Below, in pieces: positions 9,266 to 16,400 of a stretch of 64,000 bases of DNA. Where the stretch lies: positions 83,330 through 147,329 of the forward strand of contig CAZXAM010000001.1 of NCBI GenBank assembly GCA_964638545.1. The letters are read 5' to 3'. A program made the translations under genes and the position numbers. The stretch is from an uncultured Rikenellaceae bacterium. Lineage in GTDB: Bacteria > Bacteroidota > Bacteroidia > Bacteroidales > VadinHA17. The notes under the pieces were generated by a model, which saw only the letters and a list, made by a program, of their open reading frames with translations, made no database searches and was not told the origin of the DNA. Every line of letters starts with the position of its first letter. The stretch's first letter is position 1.

Positions 9266-9504
9266 TTGAATTGAGCAGTTGTATGTCTCGCACCTGCTCA
9301 GTCGCCAGGAATTTATGATATACAGCTGGTTCCGAAAAATCCTATCCTTAAAAAACCTTAAGGTTTTTTGAAAAGTTTCAACAATAGTTTTAAAAACTTC
9401 AACTTTCAGGAAAGAAATTTCTATGCACCCCCTTTCCGTTTTCCCGAAATTTATATAAGGATTGAATGAATAATCCTTCTTGTAAAACTTAAAACTTTTA
9501 TATC

Positions 9505-11007
9505 ATGAAAACACCTGGAAGATTTTTATTCATTGCGGCTTTTATGAGCCTGATCATTGGTTGCAGTGAGAAGGAGACTGGGATAGGCGGATTGGCTGAA
9601 TCAGATCTGAATATAGCATCATTAAATCTGAAAGCAGCAAGCGGTTCAGCCATATTTGTTGTCAATCCGAGCGGAGGTGATGATACCCCTGCTGTTTTAG
9701 AGGCATTTGATAACGCCAAAGCCGCCGGACCTGGCTCGGTGGTCCAACTGGAAGAAGGTACTTATCACCTGAATTTTCTGGAGGTACGTGAATTTAACGG
9801 TAAATTCAATGGAGCCGGCAGGGGTAAAACTATAATCACAACGGTACCTGATCTCGATGTTAACACACTGATCGATTTGAAATTAAATACAATTTTGATC
9901 CGATTTGTAGGAGGCGATGTTTGCATGAGTAACATGACAGTAACGACACCTTACGGCCCATTGAGCACAGGCAAGGAATCTTATATCGACGGACTGGTTG
10001 GATTTTCAGCCCGGACTTATCAGTATACTTCAATGAATGATTATATAAAAGCGGTTGTCGATAATGTCGGATTTAAAGGACACTGGGAAAATACTCTCCA
10101 TGGATTAAAAGCAGAATTCGGTACCAGAGCAAATGCAAGGATTCCCGGAGGATGGCCTCTCTCGTACATGGAGATTTCAGTCAATAACTGCTCTTTTGAT
10201 GGTTTCTATTCTTTTGGTGCACTTTTTCAACATTTCAACGGTGGAAAGATCGTTGCCGGAACCAAAAACCGCGGAAACATTTTTGATAACAATAGCGTAA
10301 GCGGAAATGTCCCATTTGAAACAGGAGGCGGTGGATCACTTGGGATCTGGAGTAATGTCAATGTTGAAATGTCTGTTGAGGGGAATACATTCACTGTCCC
10401 GGAGGGAGTACGTTGGGGTATTGAAATATTCAGTTCACCCGTTCCTGCCCGTCTCGCGCAGGTAACGCAAACAAAAGTTACGGTTTGCAATATTGAAAAA
10501 AATGTTTTCAACATTACCGGGGGTGCAGGAGGTGTGTCTGTCAATGACCGACGCCGATTCTTCTTTCCTGAAGAATTGCCTATGATTGTTCAGGTCAAAA
10601 ACAATATGTTCAATCTAAGTAATGAGACATTTTCGGCTATAAGTTCCTGTAACATGAAGGGTATGGTTATTCGGAATAACAAGTTTGAGGGAAATGGACA
10701 ATATGGAGTCCGGATAATCGGCCCCATTGTTGCCAGTAGTGGTCAGTCTCCCCTGCCGCCTAACGAAAATGGCCTGATGCTTGGTAACAACTATAGCAAT
10801 TCAACTTTTTCAGTAGCTTCAGTCCTTCTTGATGAACGAACAAATAACTGGACAATAGTGGGTGGTAACCTGGGTGAAAGTCTGATCGACATGACCAACG
10901 GGGCAGGAAATCATCTCATCACCGGAATGAATGTAAACACTTCCGATGTTCCTTTAGGCCAGACTATTACAGATAACCTGGAAGAAATAAGAGAAGGAAT
11001 GAAATAG
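9505..11007 (+). CDS. Secreted lipoprotein, probable right-handed parallel beta-helix (pectate-lyase-superfamily-like) protein
   Basis: Lipoprotein signal MKTPGRFLFIAAFMSLIIGC. The motif NPSGGDDTPAVLEAFDNAKAAGPGSVVQLEEGTYHL resembles the N-terminal cap of pectate_lyase_3-type beta-helix proteins. Repetitive N/G-rich turns follow. Confidence 0.5.
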   Translation: MKTPGRFLFIAAFMSLIIGCSEKETGIGGLAESDLNIASLNLKAASGSAIFVVNPSGGDDTPAVLEAFDNAKAAGPGSVVQLEEGTYHLNFLEVREFNGKFNGAGRGKTIITTVPDLDVNTLIDLKLNTILIRFVGGDVCMSNMTVTTPYGPLSTGKESYIDGLVGFSARTYQYTSMNDYIKAVVDNVGFKGHWENTLHGLKAEFGTRANARIPGGWPLSYMEISVNNCSFDGFYSFGALFQHFNGGKIVAGTKNRGNIFDNNSVSGNVPFETGGGGSLGIWSNVNVEMSVEGNTFTVPEGVRWGIEIFSSPVPARLAQVTQTKVTVCNIEKNVFNITGGAGGVSVNDRRRFFFPEELPMIVQVKNNMFNLSNETFSAISSCNMKGMVIRNNKFEGNGQYGVRIIGPIVASSGQSPLPPNENGLMLGNNYSNSTFSVASVLLDERTNNWTIVGGNLGESLIDMTNGAGNHLITGMNVNTSDVPLGQTITDNLEEIREGMK

Positions 11008-11030
11008 AAATTCAACTTATCTTGAATTGC

Positions 11031-11064
11031 CGGATTGCAGTTGGCTTCAGCCAACTGCAATCCG
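11031..11064 (+). terminator. Intrinsic terminator-like hairpin after the lipoprotein gene
   Basis: CGGATTGCAGTTGGC-ttca-GCCAACTGCAATCCG: a perfect 15-bp stem followed by tcgttttctc. A related GGCTTCAGCC core recurs at about 60196-60209. Confidence 0.6.
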
Positions 11065-11230
11065 TCGTTTTCTCAACATATACTAAAGTAGAAAAGCCGG
11101 TGACCTTGACCACTTTAACCTATACTTGATTGACCACCTATTATCAAAACTAATCCTCTGATAAATAAACAAATACTTAATTGATATTATGACCGGCTGA
11201 ATCTGGTCAGGCCTTCCGGCTTAGGCTGGG

Positions 11231-11437
11231 GAAGAAGATCCTTCACTTCGTTCAGGATGACAGTCATTAGTAGAATGTAAGTGGGGATGAAGCGGCGCGT
11301 TTTGTATTATGTTGTTTCTATGAACAGATTTTCTACGAAACGCGCCGCTTCATCCCCTATAACCTGATACCTGCACCTGTCATCCTGAATGCAGCCAATA
11401 CCGAGTGAGCGAGGTATTGGCGAAATGAAGGATCTCC
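11231..11437. repeat. Nested palindromic REP/MITE-like element
   Basis: The outer arms are GAAGAAGATCCTTCACTTCGTTCAGGATGACAG (11231-11263) and CTGTCATCCTGAA[32-nt hairpin GCCAATACC..GGTATTGGC]GAAATGAAGGATCT (11378-11435). The inner part is a perfect 20-bp inverted repeat, GGGGATGAAGCGGCGCGTTT (11283-11302) / AAACGCGCCGCTTCATCCCC (11338-11357), with a 35-nt loop. Confidence 0.8.
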
Positions 11438-11495
11438 TTCCTATTCCGGTTTGCAGGTATAATAATCATAGGTAAAGCCAACACTCCGGGGTTGA
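11384..11495. repeat. 112-bp repeat immediately 3' of a TIR gene, copy 1
   Basis: Aligns without gaps to 27512..27623, with about 9 mismatches by hand count. The aligned sequence is CCTGAATGCAGCCAATACCG.GTGAGCGAGGTATTGGCGAAATGAAGGATCT...AATAATCATAGGTAAAGCCAAC.CTCCGGGGTTGA. Confidence 0.8.
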
Positions 11496-11578
11496 GTGTA
11501 TCCCGGGCATCTCTGACCACGGGTGTGACCGTGGTTATTGGAATTCCAGCGCTGCAAGGCTTTTTCGTTGTTTGGTTT

Positions 11579-14386
11579 TTATTTTACCCTACCAAGATAG
11601 ATGTCAAGGAATTCAAGGACATCCTTTATCATATCATCTTTGCGAATATAATGGTCAGTATCATAAATCTTTAAATGCTTATCTTCTGGCTGCGTTCCCA
11701 AAAGATCATAAAAAGGTTTTACGTTTGTCTCAAATGGAAATGCAAGATCATATTTGCCGTTCAACATTAATACTGGTATCTTTACATAAGGCAGATAATT
11801 TAATTCATCTGCTTCAGGAATGCGTTTTCTCGTAGGTAAGCCCCCGACAATTAAGACACTAACTTTAAGACGGTCTTCAACTGCAGGAATTATCGCTCCA
11901 AGTCTCCCGCCCCAGCTATGACCATAGTAGGCCAGTTTCCCGGTATCAATATCCGATCTGGTAAAAAGATAATCAATCGATCTTTTAAAATCCTTAACCC
12001 ATTTAGTCAACCAATCAGCGTACTGATGGCCCTCATTTGTTACTGGTTTTTCGTTATCTATTCTTTCAAAGGTCCCATCATAAACCGGATATAGGACAGC
12101 ACGTCCGCTCTTCAGAATAAAGTCTGTGAACCAATTTGCCCAGTAATTTTTATTGAAATCCGTGGTACTAAGCGCATTACTGCCGGGGAAAAAAATGAGT
12201 GTCTGATAGGGCGGTGGAGAATTTTTTGGTATGAAGAGATATGCAATCATCTTTTCATTATTATACGCTGCATTGAAGGTGACTTTTTCAAGTATCCAAT
12301 CCTGATAACTGCTGTCCCGGCTTTCTATCAGGGCGTCTAATGGTATATTATCATAAAGAAACCTGCTTTTATAAATCCTGTAGGTAACCTCCGGAACCGG
12401 CCTTTCGATTGCATAGTTTCTGGATTCAGGGAGTATATACGATTGAAAAGCCGATTCAGGAATTTTTTCTTCATTTAAATATTTAACACATCGAAATCCA
12501 TTTTTGGGTGATCTGTCAAATGGAGGCAGCTGACTTATATTACCATACATATAAACAACATCATCCCACCCGCCTCCTCTCATTATCCTGCCATCAGGAC
12601 CCTGGTTCCAGCACCATTCTCTTACATTGCCCGCCATATCAAGCGCCCCGAAGCAGTTAATTGCAAAATTGGTTCCAACAGGTAAAGGGCCTGCTCCTTT
12701 AAAGTTGCTTAAAGGAAATAGTTTTGAATAGAAATAGTTTCCGAATGCTTCAAATTGGAATCCAGCTGCACTTCCCCAGTGATTGACGGTTGGAAGTTTC
12801 TTGCCGGCGTATTCAGCATAGGCTGCAGCCTCATACCAACTTATACCAGATACCGGATAATTTTCATATCCATCAGGGTAGTCGCCGGCAATCCACGTTG
12901 ATGGTCCGGGTTGTCCCGTTTTGTCCTTAAACTCAGTGAATGCCTCACTTAACGTTAATTTTTTCCCATCCTTTATGAAGTCATATTTCCAGTATTCTGG
13001 TTTCCTGTAACCACCTTCATTAACGAATTTTTTAAATTCTTTATTGGTAACTTCACAGCGATCAATCAAAAAACCATTCTTGTTTTTAAGATAATTACCT
13101 AATAATTCATTCTGGTAACCATATACATATATCATCCCGGGTGGAATAGTTCCCTGCTTGAATAACCTTCTGAAAATCGTATCAATCCTTGTCTGCATTA
13201 CAGCATCAATACTCTCATAGCCGGGTTTTTCAATTTTCATAAGGTAGAAGCTATGTTTTGGGACCAGGACTTGTCCTATCGGTGTCTTACCAAGATACTT
13301 CCATTGAGCAGCCGTATCAGAAAAGTCTCTGATCCTTACCTCCGCACCATCAGGATCAGTAATAATTGAAATATTTGTGGTAAAAGAAGATACCAATTCA
13401 TTGTAATTCTTGTTTTTTGAAAGATACTTTGCAACTTCCTGAGACAGCTTAAATGCTTCATCCATATTATTGCTGTTTGCAAGCTGTTCAATTTGAGGTA
13501 GCGCTTTTTCTCTTGCCCATTTGATCTTTGATTGCCGGTTAATTAAAATACCAATCATTAAAACAGAAGATAAAACAAACAGTATTAAAAGGAACATAAA
13601 CCATTTCCTTTTAAATAATAAAATCGCTCTTCTTCTTTCAGGGATTGGTAACTCCATTATTTGATCCTTCCCGATTACTTCTCCATTTTTATATTCAGGT
13701 TTTTCTGACCTAATTCTAATTTCATCTTCCCCCTTATGATCAAAATCTCTGATGTTATTTTCGGTCTTCATGTTCTCAGATGAGAAGGATATCATACTAT
13801 CAACCATCTCCTTGATTGCTAATGCAACCTTATTAATCTGGTCTCGGAAAAGTACCTGGCCCGGATATCTTACTATATCATCATCCTTACTTCTCAGCTG
13901 TCGGTTTACACCTGTTTCCTTATAAACAAAATCAATTGATCTCATAATACCGCCAACAACTGATTCGAATAATTTTATATCCCCTGGATCAAGATCATGA
14001 ATCCGGATTGGCAACACTCTGCACGCCACATTTCCGTTCAGAAGCTTGATTCTTAATCCAAACTTGTCTTCAGATGCCAGCTTCACAAATTCTTTCAACT
14101 CATTGTCCCAGGCAAATGCTTTTGGATCGCAATATGTCCTTGAAACAATCGGAATGAATATCAGACATTTGAGTCTGTCTCTTAAAGAGTCTTTTACGTC
14201 ATATGATTCAAGAAGATAGTCGCTGGGATTTATATCATAATATAGACTTACATCATCTTTAAACATTGAATCAAGTTCTCCTTTGAGATTCTCAACAAAC
14301 TCCGCCACCCAGTTATCGTGTTTGTTATCCTTCTGGCGGTAACTAATAAAGATGTCGTAATTGTAACTTTCAATAATGCTTGACAT
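11579..14386 (-). CDS. TIR-TM-PEGA-FGE/SUMF1-like-alpha/beta-hydrolase receptor (935 aa)
   Basis: TIR head at residues 1-~190 (DIFISYRQKDNKHDNWV...IFIPIVSRTYCDPKAFAWDNEL). TM helix at about 262-282 (WFMFLLILFVLSSVLMIGILI). PEGA-like segment at about 338-395 (ITDPDGAEVRIRD...GKTPIG...KIEKPGYES). FGE-sulfatase-like domain at about 418-636 (IDRCEVTNKEFKKFV...GNVREWCWN...RGGGWDD...GFRCVKY). C-terminal alpha/beta-hydrolase with G-H-S824-W-G, D880 and H912 (DLH / S9-peptidase-like). Confidence 0.85.
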   Translation of the reverse strand: MSSIIESYNYDIFISYRQKDNKHDNWVAEFVENLKGELDSMFKDDVSLYYDINPSDYLLESYDVKDSLRDRLKCLIFIPIVSRTYCDPKAFAWDNELKEFVKLASEDKFGLRIKLLNGNVACRVLPIRIHDLDPGDIKLFESVVGGIMRSIDFVYKETGVNRQLRSKDDDIVRYPGQVLFRDQINKVALAIKEMVDSMISFSSENMKTENNIRDFDHKGEDEIRIRSEKPEYKNGEVIGKDQIMELPIPERRRAILLFKRKWFMFLLILFVLSSVLMIGILINRQSKIKWAREKALPQIEQLANSNNMDEAFKLSQEVAKYLSKNKNYNELVSSFTTNISIITDPDGAEVRIRDFSDTAAQWKYLGKTPIGQVLVPKHSFYLMKIEKPGYESIDAVMQTRIDTIFRRLFKQGTIPPGMIYVYGYQNELLGNYLKNKNGFLIDRCEVTNKEFKKFVNEGGYRKPEYWKYDFIKDGKKLTLSEAFTEFKDKTGQPGPSTWIAGDYPDGYENYPVSGISWYEAAAYAEYAGKKLPTVNHWGSAAGFQFEAFGNYFYSKLFPLSNFKGAGPLPVGTNFAINCFGALDMAGNVREWCWNQGPDGRIMRGGGWDDVVYMYGNISQLPPFDRSPKNGFRCVKYLNEEKIPESAFQSYILPESRNYAIERPVPEVTYRIYKSRFLYDNIPLDALIESRDSSYQDWILEKVTFNAAYNNEKMIAYLFIPKNSPPPYQTLIFFPGSNALSTTDFNKNYWANWFTDFILKSGRAVLYPVYDGTFERIDNEKPVTNEGHQYADWLTKWVKDFKRSIDYLFTRSDIDTGKLAYYGHSWGGRLGAIIPAVEDRLKVSVLIVGGLPTRKRIPEADELNYLPYVKIPVLMLNGKYDLAFPFETNVKPFYDLLGTQPEDKHLKIYDTDHYIRKDDMIKDVLEFLDIYLGRVK

Positions 14387-14408
14387 AAGATTATTAAATA
14401 GTTAATAT

Positions 14409-14440
14409 CAAAATTAAACCATAATCAGGCTAATTGCAAA
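14409..14440 (-). promoter_or_regulatory. Putative promoter of the 11579..14386 TIR gene (TTTGCA ... TAATTTTG)
   Basis: Minus strand: TTTGCAATTAGCCTGATTATGGTTTAATTTTG. There are 20 nt between TTTG and TA, and the -7 box lies about 22 nt before the ATG. Confidence 0.5.
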
Positions 14441-14495
14441 AATTTTTCTTATGCCAGAATATCATTCTAAAAACCTTCCAGTCCAACTAGGGCCA

Positions 14496-14545
14496 CTATG
14501 TCTCTGATTAATCTCAGGTCAGATATTTAAAACCCTTGTTTACAA
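14496..14545 (-). promoter_or_regulatory. Conserved ~50-nt upstream motif, second copy
   Basis: CTATGTCTCTGATTAATCTCAGGTCAGATATTTAAAACCCTTGTTTACA compared with 4397..4446. Confidence 0.5.
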
Positions 14546-14626
14546 AGACATCTTACTGCTCACGACAGTATGCTACAGGTATCCCCGACAATCAGTCGTC
14601 GGCCGGGATGAAAGCAAAAGAGATTA

Positions 14627-15880
14627 TTAAACTCCCAGAGAGGCAAGTGATATAATATTGATACCATCGGGACGAGTGTAACTTACACCTGTTCCGACAA
14701 TGATATTCAGCGACTTTGGCGGGCCAATGTTTCTTATATCGAGTGTCGTTGCTAATTTTTTTAAATTTGAGGCAACTTCAGTAATCATACCCATCCCGAG
14801 TTTAATTTCAAATGCGGCCCAATCACCGTTGCGCTTCTGAACAATGCAGTCGATCTCCAGACCACTTGAATCAGAGTAATGGCTGACGCCGGCATCATTT
14901 GCCTGGGCGTAGACTCGCAGATCATGTGTTGCAAGCGATTCGAACAAAAAGCCTGTAAATTTCACATCTTTCAATAATGATCCTTTATCGGCTCCCAATG
15001 CAGCTACTGATAATGAGACATCTGTAAAATGTATTTTCGGGGATTTCCTAAGCGATGCAGATGAGCGGATATGTGTGCTCCAAGCTGGTTGGTTTTCAAT
15101 AATCATCAGCCGTTCAAGAGCATCGAGATATTCATGAACGGTTGGACGCGAAATATCACCGCTGTCATTCTCCTTTATATCCTTCACGATAGCAGTTTTG
15201 GCTGCCAGCGTTGCCGTATTTCTTGCAATAGACCTGAAAATGTTTTTCACTTTAATCGGGTCACGTTTAATGTTCGAAATACGACTCATATCGATCCCGG
15301 CTATTAAATCGATATACGCTCGATTAATCATTAAGGCTTCATCTGTTGTGGACGTCAGTAAGCCAGGCCAGCCACCTTTGATAATTCTTTCGACGATGGT
15401 TTCCAGATCAACAGATCTGTCTGACAGATCAATTTTCTTATCAGATAATAACTGTTTCATACTGGCCTGACCCGTGGAATAGCCCAATTCCTGCCATGAC
15501 AGGGTACGCATATCAACCGTAGTGAATCTTCCTGCCCCGGAATGAATAGGAATTTTATCATCGGGAGTGGAAGAACCGGTAAGAATAAACTGTGACTTTG
15601 CTTTCCGGGCGTCTATTTCGTGCCGTATGTAGTTCCAGAGTTTTGGCTGTTCCTGCCATTCGTCAATCAGCCGGGGTACCTGCCCTGTTAAAAGTCGTTT
15701 GGGATCGGCATCCATCAGGTAGGGCACCTGCTCATCCTGGTCAACCCGGAGAACGCTTGACGCTGATCGCAAAGCTGTTTCTGTCTTTCCGCATGCCTTT
15801 GGACCTCGAATCAGAACTGCTCCGGAAGCATTCAGCTTGGCATTAATCTCTGCCTCAACAATTCTTTTAATATAACTCAT
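14627..15880 (-). CDS. AAA-type ATPase of the AAA_14 + DUF4143 kind
   Basis: Walker A is LIRGPKACGKTE and Walker-B-like is RLIDEWQ. The overall pattern (…FILTGSS…, …GGWPG…, C-terminal restriction-endonuclease-like DUF4143 region with EIDCIV…FEIK) is typical of this common Bacteroidota family. Confidence 0.75.
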   Translation of the reverse strand: MSYIKRIVEAEINAKLNASGAVLIRGPKACGKTETALRSASSVLRVDQDEQVPYLMDADPKRLLTGQVPRLIDEWQEQPKLWNYIRHEIDARKAKSQFILTGSSTPDDKIPIHSGAGRFTTVDMRTLSWQELGYSTGQASMKQLLSDKKIDLSDRSVDLETIVERIIKGGWPGLLTSTTDEALMINRAYIDLIAGIDMSRISNIKRDPIKVKNIFRSIARNTATLAAKTAIVKDIKENDSGDISRPTVHEYLDALERLMIIENQPAWSTHIRSSASLRKSPKIHFTDVSLSVAALGADKGSLLKDVKFTGFLFESLATHDLRVYAQANDAGVSHYSDSSGLEIDCIVQKRNGDWAAFEIKLGMGMITEVASNLKKLATTLDIRNIGPPKSLNIIVGTGVSYTRPDGINIISLASLGV

Positions 15881-15891
15881 TATGTTTGTAT

Positions 15892-15966
15892 TTTACACAT
15901 TTTGAATGAATCAATTTACATTTTTTGAACAATCTGATTTACATATTTAGAGCAAATCGTTTTACA
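15892..15966. repeat. Four TTTACA words at exactly 23-bp spacing (degenerate 23-bp tandem units) directly upstream of the ATPase start
   Basis: TTTACA occurs at 15892-15897, 15915-15920, 15938-15943 and 15961-15966. The units are cattttgaatgaatcaatttaca / ttttttgaacaatctgatttaca / tatttagagcaaatcgttttaca. Confidence 0.6.
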
Positions 15967-16218
15967 AAAATAAAAATAACAGATCAGATCTGCTAACTTT
16001 TGACCTTTTTTAATCATAAAAAGCACATAGTACAAGGCTAGTTTGCTTTGCAGCGACAATTATCGCGGATTTCAATAAATTGGCTCATATTTTTCTTTTA
16101 TCAGGCCACATCAGTCCTGTTGAACAGGGCTTAAGAAAACATTGAGTCATGGCCCGCTCATTATGGTATAACCAGGACTTACCCAAGTGTAATAATTTTT
16201 CTCATGTATCTTATCAAG

Positions 16219-16245
16219 TCAAGGTTAGATATTTCAAACCTCTTG
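16219..16245. repeat. Third copy of the 27-nt core of the TIR-upstream motif
   Basis: TCAAGGTTAGATATTTCAAACCTCTTG is identical to 4420..4446 apart from the first bases. Here it lies upstream of the acyltransferase gene. Confidence 0.6.
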
Positions 16246-16400
16246 CCCCCAACCCCTTTTTTCTTATGTACCCGATCCCGCATCGCGGGCAATTAATCAC
16301 ACCATACTTGATTTGTCATAAATTCTGTATTTTTATAGCCGATCATACAACTGCCCGTGTAATAATATCTTCATTAAACATTTCACTGTCAGTATATTAA

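Noticed and set aside
9350-9369. The palindrome AAAAAACCTTAAGGTTTTTT as the terminator of the AraC-type gene
   Set aside because: The only G/C pairs are the central CC/GG, and there is no loop. It is too weak to call, although it may contribute.
11492-11835. Small plus-strand ORFs (60 and 87 aa) at the 3' end of the TIR-FGE gene
   Set aside because: They start in the REP-rich spacer and run antisense into the hydrolase domain coding region. There is no supporting signal.
1484-14386. Classification of the TIR genes as a known TIR defence system (Thoeris, TIR-STING, SPARTA/short pAgo, CBASS or Pycsar effector, Avs/STAND)
   Set aside because: No ThsA-like SIR2/SLOG/Macro partner, STING, Argonaute/APAZ, cyclase or STAND NTPase domain is fused or adjacent. 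The proteins are membrane-spanning with periplasmic tails, which none of those systems has.
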